DNA of 45,569 nt from a virus. Taxonomy: Duplodnaviria > Caudoviricetes. The stretch covers positions 1 to 45,569 of IMG/VR virus record IMGVR_UViG_3300032314_000503; one strand, 5' to 3'. A program made the translations under genes and the position numbers. The notes under the pieces were generated by a model, which worked only from the letters and a program-made list of their open reading frames with translations, made no database searches and was not told where the DNA came from. Shown here piece after piece: positions 1-10,135 of this stretch (positions within the stretch are counted from its first letter, which is position 1; every line of letters starts with the position of its first letter).

Positions 1-1
1 A

Positions 2-2089
2 GGTATTTTAGAGTCCAAGAATCAGGGAGACCTCTATGAAGAAATCATAAAGATTGACAACGCAGTTGAAAACAAAATGTTGTCAGAGCAAGAGGAAACT
101 CCCGCATTTAAGAAGTGGTATATTAAGACAATTGAATTTTCAAACTTCTTATCTTATGGTGAAAATCAAAAATTAAATTTCCAAAAGCTTGGTGGGATTA
201 CCGTTATTGAATCGGACCCACCAAACTTTGGAGGTAAGACGGTATTGTCCGTTGACCTTCTAATGTTCCTTTTCTTTAACACAACAACAAAGACAAATAA
301 AGCTGAAGAAATCTTCAATAGATATTCAGACAGTAATAAAGTTATTGTTAAAGGTGAGATTGAAATTGATGGGGAAGACTACATCATTGTAAGGGAACTT
401 GAAAGAAAGAAATCAAAGTCAGGAGAATGGAATGTTAAAACTGAACTAGACTTTTTTAAGAAGTATCCTGATGGTTCACTAGTTAAATTCACAGGTGAAC
501 AGAGAAGAGAAACAGAAAATTTCATTAAACTATCTATCGGTAATTACGAAGACTTTTTGATGACAATTCTAACAACTGGTACCAACCTTGAAGATTTGCT
601 TGAATCAAAACCAACCGCAAGAGGACAAGTAATCTCAAGATTTTTGGGACTTGACTTCCTTAAAAGAAAGGAAGAGACTGGTAAACAAATCTATTCTGAG
701 TTTTCTAAATCTATGATTTCAAACATCTACAATACAGAGAGTTTGAAACAAGAAAATGATACCATTAAAGAAAAGAATAAGGAACTCCAAACTTTAGTTA
801 AAGAAAGTGAAGATAAACTTTCTGACATTAATGATAGACTAAAGAAAGGCCAAGATTATAGGGATAGTCTTCTTAAATCAAAGGTTTCAGTTGATAGGGA
901 AATATCACTTTTAAATCCTGAGAATACCCAAAATGAAATTAAACAATATGAATTTCAGATTAACAAAAACACAACCGACCGAGACAATGTTAAAGTCGTT
1001 GAGCCAAAGGAATATTATCACGAGGACCAGCACGACAAAATCAAAGATGAATACAACAAACAATTCAGGTCAAAAGTTGAAGTTGAGAGTCAAATTAAAG
1101 AGATTGAAAGACTTAAAAGTTCAGTTAGCGGGGGAATAAAGTGTGAACACTGCGGAATTGAACTTATGAACGCAGCCATTACACAATCAAAGATTGCCGA
1201 ACTTGATGGATTTTCCCAACAAAAGACACAAATTGAGGGTATAATGCTGGAATTATCAGGCAAAGAACAGGGGTTTGTACAGCGTAAAAAAGACTTTGAT
1301 GAGTATGAAAAGAACAAACTTGTCTTTGAAAAGTATCAAGCAACAATAGAAAACCTTGAAACAAAGAAACAAAGTTTGGAAGATAAGTTGAAAAGATATG
1401 ATGAAGTTCAAGACATTATTGAAAAGAATAATAATCTTGATGGTTTGATTGTTAAAGCGGACATAAGACTAAATGAACTTAAAACTGAACTATCTACGGT
1501 TGAAAGAACAATATCTAACTCAAACTTTGAAGTGTCAAAGAATAATGAAAAGGTTATTAAAAACCTTGAACTGATTGATACTATCAAAGAAGAACAAACC
1601 AAAGAGGGTAAGTATAAGGTTTATTTGGAACTATATGGTAAGAATGGTATTGCCAAGAAGATTATGAAGAATATGATGCCACTTATTAACTCCGAGCTCC
1701 AAAGACTATTACAAGACTCTTGTTACTTTAGACTTGAGGTTAGAATATCTGAAAAGAATGAAGTTGAATTTTGGATGATTGATAACAATACTCAGATTGA
1801 AAAACTTATGGTTTCAGGTTCGGGTTATGAAAAGACAATTGCCTCACTTGCTTTAAGAGCGGTTCTTTCCAAAGTATGCTCACTTCCAAAACCAAACATA
1901 GTTGTATTTGATGAAGTGTTTGGTAAGATATCAAATGATAATCTTGAAATGGTTTATGAATTCTTTATAAAGATTAAAGAATATTTTGAAAATATTTTGG
2001 TTATTACTCACAATCCACTAATTTCGCAGTGGGCAGACAACGCAATCAAAGTGAAGAAAGTTGACAACATCAGTAAGATTGTTAATTAA
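2..2089 (+). CDS. sbcC: SbcC/Rad50 (T4 gp46-like) SMC ATPase, 5'-truncated by the window; frame is open upstream of ATG 77
   Basis: Walker A NFGGKT, coiled coils, zinc hook CEHC, signature SGYEK, Walker B VVFDE, H-loop ITH; no stop between position 2 and ATG 77. Confidence 0.92.
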   Translation, partial: GILESKNQGDLYEEIIKIDNAVENKMLSEQEETPAFKKWYIKTIEFSNFLSYGENQKLNFQKLGGITVIESDPPNFGGKTVLSVDLLMFLFFNTTTKTNKAEEIFNRYSDSNKVIVKGEIEIDGEDYIIVRELERKKSKSGEWNVKTELDFFKKYPDGSLVKFTGEQRRETENFIKLSIGNYEDFLMTILTTGTNLEDLLESKPTARGQVISRFLGLDFLKRKEETGKQIYSEFSKSMISNIYNTESLKQENDTIKEKNKELQTLVKESEDKLSDINDRLKKGQDYRDSLLKSKVSVDREISLLNPENTQNEIKQYEFQINKNTTDRDNVKVVEPKEYYHEDQHDKIKDEYNKQFRSKVEVESQIKEIERLKSSVSGGIKCEHCGIELMNAAITQSKIAELDGFSQQKTQIEGIMLELSGKEQGFVQRKKDFDEYEKNKLVFEKYQATIENLETKKQSLEDKLKRYDEVQDIIEKNNNLDGLIVKADIRLNELKTELSTVERTISNSNFEVSKNNEKVIKNLELIDTIKEEQTKEGKYKVYLELYGKNGIAKKIMKNMMPLINSELQRLLQDSCYFRLEVRISEKNEVEFWMIDNNTQIEKLMVSGSGYEKTIASLALRAVLSKVCSLPKPNIVVFDEVFGKISNDNLEMVYEFFIKIKEYFENILVITHNPLISQWADNAIKVKKVDNISKIVN

Positions 2090-2093
2090 AAAG

Positions 2094-2125
2094 TTTGGTC
2101 GATAAGTAAATCAGTCGTATTTTTG
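2094..2125 (+). promoter_or_regulatory. Bacteroidota-type housekeeping promoter (-33 TTTG, -7 TATTTTTG)
   Basis: Matches established TTTG-N19-21-TAnnTTTG consensus, 13 nt before ATG 2139. Confidence 0.75.
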
Positions 2126-2138
2126 TAAAAAATTAATT

Positions 2139-2693
2139 ATGAAGTATCTTTTATTTGTTTACGGAAGCTATGATGAACACCCCTTTGTCATAAAGAATAT
2201 TGCTAAACTTTTAACTGAAGTATCAACCACTGATGTAAAATATCAGTTTGGAAGTTCAGGGGCGATTTATCACTTTACAACCATTATGAAAATTAGTGAA
2301 GTAAAGAAAAAAATCTCAGAACCACTACAAAAACTGACAGCTATGTACTTTATGGTACCATTCAATAAGAATGTGAATTTCTATATTGATGACAAAAAAA
2401 TAGAGAATCATTTGTTTAGTAGTACTGACACACCTGACAATTTGTCAGAAGGTAACATATTGGAATATAACTTGAGTGACCTTGATAAGGACCTTACTAG
2501 TATGACAAATGACTTTTTTATACAAAACCTGTCAGAGTTTATTGGTGTGGACCTAAATAAATTAGTTGAAGGAATGGATAATCTTGAGGAGACCCCAACC
2601 CTTAACGAAATTTTAGATAAGATTAACGAATGTGGATTTGAATCATTAACAACAACAGAAAAAATTTTATTAGATGAGTACTCTAAAGGATGA
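2139..2693 (+). CDS. Hypothetical protein with C-terminal DUF6576-like motif
   Basis: ORF; C-terminus LNEILDKINECGFESLTTTEKILL resembles DUF6576. Confidence 0.6.
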   Translation: MKYLLFVYGSYDEHPFVIKNIAKLLTEVSTTDVKYQFGSSGAIYHFTTIMKISEVKKKISEPLQKLTAMYFMVPFNKNVNFYIDDKKIENHLFSSTDTPDNLSEGNILEYNLSDLDKDLTSMTNDFFIQNLSEFIGVDLNKLVEGMDNLEETPTLNEILDKINECGFESLTTTEKILLDEYSKG

Positions 2694-3492
2694 AAAACAA
2701 GAAAAAAATACATCACCAATTAACCAAGATGAAATTCAGTATTATTTGAAAGAGCTTCGTAAAATTAAAGTGATGACACCTGAAAGGGAGCGTGAATTAT
2801 CCGCTAAAATTCAGAGTAATACTCTTAATACCGCTGAGCAAGAAGAGATACATAGAGAGCTTCTTGAAGGTAATTTGCGATTTGTCATTACAATTGCAAA
2901 ACAATACCAAAATCAAGGACTTGATTTATCTGACCTTATTGCCGAGGGTAATATTGGACTTATGAGGGCGATTAAAAACTTTGATTGGACTAAGAATCTC
3001 AGGTTTATATCATATGCGGTATGGTGGATTAAACAATCAATCAAACAATCATTGAATGAACACGCGAGGACAATTCGACTTCCAGTCAATGTCATACAAG
3101 ATTTTCAAAAGGAGAAAAAGAGAGTTGAAAAAACTGGTGACCGTATTGGTGACAAATTTGCGGGACTGCCTTTTACAATTAATCTTGAATCTGAGATTAA
3201 TGAAGATGGTGATACATTGATTGACCTTATTGAGAATAAAGATTCTCTTCGTCCTGACCATTCATTTAACAATGATAAACAAGTTAAAGAAGGTCTTATG
3301 TCAATTCTTGAGGTTCTTGACAGCCGCGAACGACAAATCATTATGGATTATTATGGACTTTCAGGTACACCACGAACTTTGGAAGATATTGGAGAGGACT
3401 TTAACCTTACAAAAGAAAGAGTTCGACAAATTAAAGAAAGGGGACTTCGAAAGTTGCGTAACGAATCATCATCTTTGTTTGATTATCTTTAA
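2674..3492 (+). CDS. RNA polymerase sigma-70 factor, RpoD/SigA-like, short Bacteroidota type without region 1.1
   Basis: Region 1.2 YLKEL, region 2 NLRFVITIAKQY..DLIAEGNIGL..RFISYAVWWIKQSI..RTIRLP, region 4 TLEDIG..LTKERVRQIK. Confidence 0.95.
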   Translation: MSTLKDEKQEKNTSPINQDEIQYYLKELRKIKVMTPERERELSAKIQSNTLNTAEQEEIHRELLEGNLRFVITIAKQYQNQGLDLSDLIAEGNIGLMRAIKNFDWTKNLRFISYAVWWIKQSIKQSLNEHARTIRLPVNVIQDFQKEKKRVEKTGDRIGDKFAGLPFTINLESEINEDGDTLIDLIENKDSLRPDHSFNNDKQVKEGLMSILEVLDSRERQIIMDYYGLSGTPRTLEDIGEDFNLTKERVRQIKERGLRKLRNESSSLFDYL

Positions 3493-3540
3493 TAATTTAC
3501 TATTTATTGTAGATATAATATATTATTAAAAAACTATTCG

Positions 3541-3819
3541 ATGGAAAAAATACAGAAATACTTGCCAATAACTACATTAGTTTTAGTTTTCTTCATCTTT
3601 GTTAAGAGTTGTGGTACTACTTCACAATTAAAGAACATAGAGAAAGAAAATAAGGCTCTAAACTATAAGGTTGATTCTTTAAATAAAATTGTTGTTACTG
3701 AAGAAAAAATGAGAAATATTTTGGAAACAACAACTCTGTGGCAGACTTTGGAAATTGAAGAATTATCTGATAAGAACAAAATGCCCATAACTCATTATAA
3801 GAGTGAATCAAGAAAATGA
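3541..3819 (+). CDS. Hypothetical membrane-anchored or lipoprotein-like coiled-coil protein
   Basis: N-terminal hydrophobic stretch then KSCG; preceded by TATTTAT at 3501. Confidence 0.65.
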   Translation: MEKIQKYLPITTLVLVFFIFVKSCGTTSQLKNIEKENKALNYKVDSLNKIVVTEEKMRNILETTTLWQTLEIEELSDKNKMPITHYKSESRK

Positions 3820-4820
3820 GAAAAGTTTTTCAGTGGATTAAAGATAATCCGAATAGGACCATGTTTTTGGTCCCTATTCTTTTAGTGGCAGGTATATCCA
3901 TTTCGCACGTAGTATCTTGGTATGATATCGCAAATCCAATAAATTGGGCAATATACCTATCAATTGCAATTGAGGTAGGAGCTATGACCGCTCTTGTGGC
4001 GGCAACAAACAAAATCAAAGGGGGCGTTTGGTTTATGTTTGGATTGGTTACCTTAATTCAGATGATTGGAAATATATTCTTTTCATATAAAGAAATTGAT
4101 GCGAATGGAGATTTATTTAAATCTTGGGTTGAATTGACCTCCCCACTTTGGGAGATTATGGGCTCTGACCCAAATGATATTGCATCTCAAAAAAGATGGC
4201 TTGCATTTTTAGAAGGTGGATTACTACCAATTATATCTTTAACATCTTTACACTTCTTTACAAAATATGATGGAGGTAAAAAAGAAGTGGCTAATGAACC
4301 AACTCCTGATTCTCCAATAATTTCAGGTCCTAGTGAGGAAATAAGTGAGGAGGATTATGAGACAATTAAGGAAGAATTTTTAAGAAAAAAACTCGATGAA
4401 GAGGCTAAATTGAAATATAAACCAACTCAAGATGATTTTAATAAACTTGATAATTTTTTAAAATCAATTAATTATGACGGACCAAAACCTGAACAATCCA
4501 AAGCGGATAAGTATAGTCCATCAGAGGATGATTTAAAAAAAATGGAATCAATTTTACAACAGTATGAAGAAGTTAAAAATATTCCTGTTGAACTTGAAAC
4601 TGAGATAATTGAAGAGGAACCTACGGTGGAAGAGGAGGTTGAAAAAGTATTTTTTTACCCCGAAGAAGAGGAAATTTTATACTCGGACGATGAAATTAAA
4701 GAACCGCAAGAGCAAATAATTGAAGACCATGAGGAGGAAATAGTTGTTCTAAACACACCTGAGCCAGTCCAAGATTCTCCAAAAAATAAAGTACTAAACT
4801 ATTTCAAGAGTATTGATTGA
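3816..4820 (+). CDS. Multi-pass membrane protein with long acidic C-terminal tail
   Basis: About four hydrophobic segments in first 150 aa; Glu-rich tail; ATGA overlap with upstream gene. Confidence 0.7.
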   Translation: MRKVFQWIKDNPNRTMFLVPILLVAGISISHVVSWYDIANPINWAIYLSIAIEVGAMTALVAATNKIKGGVWFMFGLVTLIQMIGNIFFSYKEIDANGDLFKSWVELTSPLWEIMGSDPNDIASQKRWLAFLEGGLLPIISLTSLHFFTKYDGGKKEVANEPTPDSPIISGPSEEISEEDYETIKEEFLRKKLDEEAKLKYKPTQDDFNKLDNFLKSINYDGPKPEQSKADKYSPSEDDLKKMESILQQYEEVKNIPVELETEIIEEEPTVEEEVEKVFFYPEEEEILYSDDEIKEPQEQIIEDHEEEIVVLNTPEPVQDSPKNKVLNYFKSID

Positions 4821-5409
4821 TATTATCAAATTTGGTAATTTTAAAGATTTTGAAAAAAACAAAAACAAAAAACAGATTATACTTTGTAATTCTTTCAGAG
4901 GACATAATCAGTATTTAAATTCTTTAAAAAACCGTAATAACGGAAAGTATAACAAAATACCTAACTACTTTGTAACAAGAGATGGTGAAGTTATAAGTCT
5001 GCTATCTGACGATTCTTATTCTGATTTTTTTGTTGACCAAGAAGTTAATAAAAATTCCATAATAGTTTGTCTTGAAAATCATGGATGGGGACAGAAAGTC
5101 CCTCTCAGCAATAGTTTTTTCAATTGGGTAAATGAACCAATAGATGGAGATATCTTTGAAAAAAAATGGAGAGATAAAATTTATTGGCAAAATTATACTG
5201 AAAAACAACTAGATTCTTTAGTTGAACTCTGTAACAAACTTACAAAAAAATTCTCAATAAACAAAAGTTTTATTGGGCACAACACAAAAGTTGATGGTAT
5301 CAAGATATTTAATGGTATAGTGTGCCGTAGCAACTATAACAATAAATACACGGACCCAAATCCGTCGTTTAAGTTTGAAGAGTTCAAAAATAGAGTTGAA
5401 AATGAATGA
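4813..5409 (+). CDS. N-acetylmuramoyl-L-alanine amidase (Amidase_2) fold protein with divergent metal ligands
   Basis: QIIL, YFVTRDGEV, NKNSIIVCLEN, YTEKQLDSLVEL, IGH, DPNPSF motifs; start codon uncertain. Confidence 0.75.
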   Translation: MIDIIKFGNFKDFEKNKNKKQIILCNSFRGHNQYLNSLKNRNNGKYNKIPNYFVTRDGEVISLLSDDSYSDFFVDQEVNKNSIIVCLENHGWGQKVPLSNSFFNWVNEPIDGDIFEKKWRDKIYWQNYTEKQLDSLVELCNKLTKKFSINKSFIGHNTKVDGIKIFNGIVCRSNYNNKYTDPNPSFKFEEFKNRVENE

Positions 5410-5992
5410 AATCGAAATTATAAAAAATCAAATTCGAACCATTAGGGATTTACATTTGAATAGTAATCCAGTGGTTGCCGAACATGTAAAAGACATTAAG
5501 GACAAATATCTTATTAAAGAACAAGATAGTCCAAGAGATATTGAAAAATATAATGTCCCAAAATCAACAGAAAAAGAAATTGAAGATAATGAAGGTTTAC
5601 CAAATGATGTAAGCCAAGGTTATAGAATTTCAGGTGGTGTTTTGGTAATTCACGGAGATGACAGGCAAGATGTTGATTTGACAACCGATGATAAAACAGC
5701 TTTCCAAGAAACTATGGATGAATTTGTTAATGAAGTATCTGACTTAGCAAATTTTGGTCAATTAAATGTATATAAAAATAATGTTGATTGGTCAGGACTT
5801 ATAGTTGATTACGATGTAGAGTTTTATTTTACAATAGGAGAAAGTAACGGAATTTATATGTCTGGTGAAATGATGAAGATTGATGAAAATTACTTGGACA
5901 TGGTTAGTAAACTCCAATCTTATTATGAAAAATTTAAATCAAAGTGGGCTAAAGTTTTAGCTGGTAGAAAGAAAACATCACAAAAAAAATAA
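5402..5992 (+). CDS. Hypothetical phage protein
   Basis: ORF; ATG 5402 overlapping amidase stop. Confidence 0.75.
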   Translation: MNEIEIIKNQIRTIRDLHLNSNPVVAEHVKDIKDKYLIKEQDSPRDIEKYNVPKSTEKEIEDNEGLPNDVSQGYRISGGVLVIHGDDRQDVDLTTDDKTAFQETMDEFVNEVSDLANFGQLNVYKNNVDWSGLIVDYDVEFYFTIGESNGIYMSGEMMKIDENYLDMVSKLQSYYEKFKSKWAKVLAGRKKTSQKK

Positions 5993-5995
5993 AAA

Positions 5996-6244
5996 ATGGC
6001 TCTAACTAGTACTGAAAAAAAAGAAATAGAAGTAATGATTCGTAAAGAAATTAAAGATTTCTTGGGGTCAAATACTTTGCGTCAATTTGAAGATAAAATG
6101 ACAGATATGATTGTGAAAGAATTAAAAAGAGGGAAAGTTGGAACAGAAGTTAAAGAGATTGTTGTAAAAATTTTCAGTGAGTTTTATCAATTTATGTGGA
6201 CTCAGAAAAGTTATTGGGAGCCAAGGTTAAAAAATGTAAGATAA
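5996..6244 (+). CDS. Hypothetical phage protein
   Basis: ORF in tightly packed operon. Confidence 0.7.
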   Translation: MALTSTEKKEIEVMIRKEIKDFLGSNTLRQFEDKMTDMIVKELKRGKVGTEVKEIVVKIFSEFYQFMWTQKSYWEPRLKNVR

Positions 6245-6245
6245 A

Positions 6246-7142
6246 ATGAATAATATACAAAAAAAAATGGTGACAGCTCTTAGTAGCGAATTCAACAGAA
6301 AAGGACTATCTGACCCTGAAAGTATGAAAAATTTTGGTAATGCTAAAGCTGAAATACAAAAATCAGGTTATGAAGCTGAGGGTAGAAAGGAAGAAGAAAA
6401 AGAAGGTACTACCTCAGGAGCGGCTGGTGTTTTTGTAGGACCTATGTCAGGAGAGATGAAAGAGAAGTGGTCAGAAAAATACAAGAAGAGTATTGATTGT
6501 AAAAATCCAAAAGGATTTAGTCAAAGAGCTCATTGCCAAGGAAGAAAGAAAAAAATTAAAGAAAGTATAAACGAGGCGGTTAGAACAGAGCTTGCTCAAT
6601 TAAAAGATTTAGCAAGAAAACTTGCAAAAGAAAAATCTGAAAAAGAAGCTGAAAAGGAAAAAGTTGAAAAAATGTTTGCAACCCTCCAAAGGCAACTAAA
6701 GAAGGGGATGAAAGTAGAAATGGAACATGAAATGGGTTTAAAAAAAGCAAAAGAAATTGCTTTGGACCACATCAAAGAAAATCCATATTACTACGATGAT
6801 TTAGAAAAGATAGAAAAGCCAAAGAAAACTGAAACTAAGGAAGGGACAAGTTCAGCTTCATCTGGTTCTTATGAAACACCGGCTTTTGGGGCAAAATCAA
6901 TGAAACCAAAAGATTGGAGAGGCGCATCTAAAACACAAATACCTGGTGGAGCATTTGTCCAAGTTAAGAAAAAGTGTAAGAATTTTCCTTACTGTAATCA
7001 AGGAGATATAAATGCCCTTAAATTAACAAAATCTCCTACTGTTATTAGAAAGGCTAAAAAACTAGCGGAACAATATGGTGTTGATGAGTCAGTGATTATG
7101 TCAATTCTTATTGAAGAAGTTATAAAAAACACTAAAAACTAA
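6246..7142 (+). CDS. Modular hypothetical protein with a DUF5661-like domain
   Basis: QLKKGMKVEMEH..AKEIALDHIKENPYYY motif; KWSEKYKKSIDCKNPKGFSQRAHCQG module. Confidence 0.65.
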   Translation: MNNIQKKMVTALSSEFNRKGLSDPESMKNFGNAKAEIQKSGYEAEGRKEEEKEGTTSGAAGVFVGPMSGEMKEKWSEKYKKSIDCKNPKGFSQRAHCQGRKKKIKESINEAVRTELAQLKDLARKLAKEKSEKEAEKEKVEKMFATLQRQLKKGMKVEMEHEMGLKKAKEIALDHIKENPYYYDDLEKIEKPKKTETKEGTSSASSGSYETPAFGAKSMKPKDWRGASKTQIPGGAFVQVKKKCKNFPYCNQGDINALKLTKSPTVIRKAKKLAEQYGVDESVIMSILIEEVIKNTKN

Positions 7143-7167
7143 GTATTTATATAAAAACATTTTTAAA

Positions 7168-8448
7168 ATGAAATCTATTGAAAAATTAGTAAAAAAAGTT
7201 ATTTCTGAGTCAATGAATGAAAAGGCTGAAGAGATGACAAAAAAAATACATGAAAAATTATCAGGTGAAATGGCTGAAGAATGGGGAGATTATGATTTTG
7301 AATATGAAGAAGATGAGCTCACTGATAAGGCAAGATTTGCTAAAATATTAAAAAGAGCGATGGAGAAGAAAGGTTATATGAGTAAAGATGAGCCTAAAAC
7401 TGATGAATTGGAAGAATCTATGCCAAGTGCTGAAGATTACGATTATGTTCAAGCTGAAGGTGATTGTATGGAAGGTGATTGTGGTGAAATGGAAGAGTCG
7501 ATGAATAGAGGTGAAGGTGAAGATTACATGGCAAAACAACGAAGAGGAGCTTTAAAACAACTTTATAATCTTTTTCCAGATGATGAACACCTCAAAAGCG
7601 AATTAGGAATTGAAGATGAAGATGGTGAAATGGAAGAAGGTAATGCTTTTTCAGGAGCACTTGCAAAGGCTAAAGAGGAAGGTGATGATACTTTTGAAGT
7701 TGACGGAAAAGAATACGATGTTAAAAATGAAAGTAGAGTTTACTCAATTGAGTTTAAAGGTGGCGTTTTAAAACTTACAGAAAATGAACTTGTTGACATG
7801 ATTGAAGAATTGGTAGTTGAACAAAAGGCTAAGTCAAAAGGAATGGTTGAATATGACAGAGTTCATGCTAAAGATTCTAATATTAACAAAGAAGCTAACA
7901 AAGCTTCTTTTAAGAAAATGAGAGATTATGTTAAAGCCGGTTCAAAAGGAAGTTTTGAAGAAAACGCAAAACATTTCCCAAAGGGTAATGGAGAACTTGC
8001 CAAAATGGATAAAAAGGCTTATGTTCCATCTGAAGCTGTTGAGGAATATGTTGCTGATTTTGCTTATCCTGGAATGACAAATCTTACTTTTGATGAAATT
8101 AAACCTGATGATGAGAGAATTAAAAAGTATCTTGAAGGTGATTCTACAACAGGTAACTCATCAGAATATGCAAACGCAGTAGAAACAGAAGTTGGTAAAA
8201 AATTCTTTAAAAATTATAAGGACAATGCTTATGGCGCCCAACAAAAAAAGGCATCATATAAGAGACAACCCCAACCTGTAGATGTTGCTGGTGAAAACAA
8301 AGGAGCTAAAAGTTATAAAAACACTAAGGGACAAAAAGCTCTTGATAAGTTAAGTGAAAATGTTGTTAAAGATGAGAAAGAAAACATTCTTTCAGAAGAA
8401 ATGGTTAGAATGAAAGAAATGATTGGATACAACAAGAAATCACAATAA
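7168..8448 (+). CDS. Acidic hypothetical protein, possible head scaffold or internal protein
   Basis: Glu-rich with many L/M-E-E and L-x-E motifs; TATTTATA at 7144. Confidence 0.6.
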   Translation: MKSIEKLVKKVISESMNEKAEEMTKKIHEKLSGEMAEEWGDYDFEYEEDELTDKARFAKILKRAMEKKGYMSKDEPKTDELEESMPSAEDYDYVQAEGDCMEGDCGEMEESMNRGEGEDYMAKQRRGALKQLYNLFPDDEHLKSELGIEDEDGEMEEGNAFSGALAKAKEEGDDTFEVDGKEYDVKNESRVYSIEFKGGVLKLTENELVDMIEELVVEQKAKSKGMVEYDRVHAKDSNINKEANKASFKKMRDYVKAGSKGSFEENAKHFPKGNGELAKMDKKAYVPSEAVEEYVADFAYPGMTNLTFDEIKPDDERIKKYLEGDSTTGNSSEYANAVETEVGKKFFKNYKDNAYGAQQKKASYKRQPQPVDVAGENKGAKSYKNTKGQKALDKLSENVVKDEKENILSEEMVRMKEMIGYNKKSQ

Positions 8449-8494
8449 TAGTTACAAATTATCATTATTAATTATATTCTCCATATGTACTCAT

Positions 8495-8974
8495 ATGGAG
8501 AATTTTTTTTCATACATATCTAAACCAATAGACAAAGAAGATTTGCAACTTTGGATTGATGGTAACAATATTTGTTACCATAAATTTGAATTGTTTAATG
8601 ATTTTGTTTTATCTTTAGTTGGACTTATTTATGAGACCTATTTAGGTAATGATGATTTTAAAACCACAAATATTAAATTAGACAAAGACGATGATGAGAG
8701 ACATTTTGATTGGTGTTGGAATAAAATAATTGACAATTTTAAAAAGGAAGAAATTTTCTTTGATAAAGAAGGAGAACATTATATTTTCTTTAAAGGATTT
8801 GTTGGTGAAACATTTTATAACCAAGATATAAATGAAGTAAAATATTCATTGAATCGTTTTTTTGAGGAAATTTTTAATTTAGATGGAGTCCATACTATGT
8901 CTGATTTGGATTTACTAAAACAAGTTTATAAAACTTTGGACAAAAATTTATTAAATAATAATTTACAAAACTAA
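8495..8974 (+). CDS. Hypothetical phage protein
   Basis: ORF; ATG 8495 preferred over overlapping upstream start. Confidence 0.7.
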   Translation: MENFFSYISKPIDKEDLQLWIDGNNICYHKFELFNDFVLSLVGLIYETYLGNDDFKTTNIKLDKDDDERHFDWCWNKIIDNFKKEEIFFDKEGEHYIFFKGFVGETFYNQDINEVKYSLNRFFEEIFNLDGVHTMSDLDLLKQVYKTLDKNLLNNNLQN

Positions 8975-9025
8975 AAAAAATCCCTATTCTTTATATTGTA
9001 ATAAACATTTTTTATATAGGACAAC

Positions 9026-9202
9026 ATGGAAACCGTAGAAAAAATTAAAGAATTGACAGAAGCTCTCACCGTTGATGCGGACAAATTCTATAAGGGTAAC
9101 AAAAGTGCAGGAACAAGAGCACGCAAAACCGCACAAGAATTGAAAGCTTTGTTACAGACATTTAGAGTTGAAATCTTATCAGAAAGAAAAGAAAATGCTT
9201 AG
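9026..9202 (+). CDS. Histone H1-like protein, Hc1 family, 58 aa (not in ORF track)
   Basis: Translates METVEKIKELTEALTVDADKFYKGNKSAGTRARKTAQELK...; GNKxAGTRARK is the Bacteroidota Hc1 motif. Confidence 0.85.
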   Translation: METVEKIKELTEALTVDADKFYKGNKSAGTRARKTAQELKALLQTFRVEILSERKENA

Positions 9203-9377
9203 TATTGAAAGTGTATTCTTCTTTTTATTAGTTTTCAACATTTTGTATGTTGTCAATGTAATTTTTAGATTTATAATAGCCCTGATGAAACCTGAGAGAT
9301 TTATTTTAAGTTTCACAGGGCTTTTATACCTTGGTATGTCAATATCTTATATAATCACCTATTTAATTCAATCATAA
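9195..9377 (+). CDS. Small two-TM membrane protein
   Basis: Two hydrophobic segments; overlaps both neighbours. Confidence 0.6.
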   Translation: MLSIESVFFFLLVFNILYVVNVIFRFIIALMKPERFILSFTGLLYLGMSISYIITYLIQS

Positions 9378-9817
9378 TGAGCATATATAGTGAACTCCAA
9401 CCAATATTCGAGTATTTTCACCAAATAAGAAAACTTGAAGATTATATAATTTATGATATAAGATTTCCTTCGACTTGGAAAGTATTAAAAAAGTTTATAA
9501 TTGAAGATAAATTTTTAAATCATGGAGTCGATGAAGATGGGTATATACTACTTTCATTTGTTTCAGAATTAACAGAAGAAAGTATTAACTTGACTCAGAA
9601 TAATATTCTTGGTATAGTTAACTTCAATTTGGAAAGGGAACAGAAAGAAAAACTTCTACAAGACAAAATAGATGAACTTAAAAACATTTTTGAAAAACAA
9701 ACTTTAGATAACTTGAAGTCATTGAAGTTTGATTTGAAACCTAACGGAGAAATTAATTTTAAGAGAAATGGAAGAGCAAAAACTATCGAGGTGGCTGGAG
9801 AAGTCCAAGAAGAATGA
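9377..9817 (+). CDS. Hypothetical phage protein
   Basis: ORF, TAATG coupling to upstream gene. Confidence 0.7.
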   Translation: MSIYSELQPIFEYFHQIRKLEDYIIYDIRFPSTWKVLKKFIIEDKFLNHGVDEDGYILLSFVSELTEESINLTQNNILGIVNFNLEREQKEKLLQDKIDELKNIFEKQTLDNLKSLKFDLKPNGEINFKRNGRAKTIEVAGEVQEE

Positions 9818-9947
9818 CCTCCAAGAAATTGAGAATCATAAAAATAGTATTTTAGAACAACTTCAAGGAATGAGTAAAAAAGATATCATTCCGGTAAAAG
9901 AAAAGTTAACATTATGGCAGAGAATCAAAAAAGCGTTGAACTTCTAA
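9768..9947 (+). CDS. Small hypothetical protein, 59 aa (not in ORF track)
   Basis: MEEQKLSRWLEK...LTLWQRIKKALNF; fills the gap between 9817 and 9914. Confidence 0.6.
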   Translation: MEEQKLSRWLEKSKKNDLQEIENHKNSILEQLQGMSKKDIIPVKEKLTLWQRIKKALNF

Positions 9948-10135
9948 CAAAACTTGCAATGATTACAGATGCTGTCCAAAATACAATAGAAGGAAAGGTC
10001 TCAGTCATTTTTGAAGTTAAACAACAAGAATATGAAAAGTTGTATCTACAGTTTGAAAACTCACTCACTGAAGATAATAAACAATTCAAAATTGATATCT
10101 CAGGAACTGATTTTATCTTTCTTTTGGATGAGTAG
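9914..10135 (+). CDS. Hypothetical phage protein
   Basis: ORF. Confidence 0.65.
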   Translation: MAENQKSVELLTKLAMITDAVQNTIEGKVSVIFEVKQQEYEKLYLQFENSLTEDNKQFKIDISGTDFIFLLDE

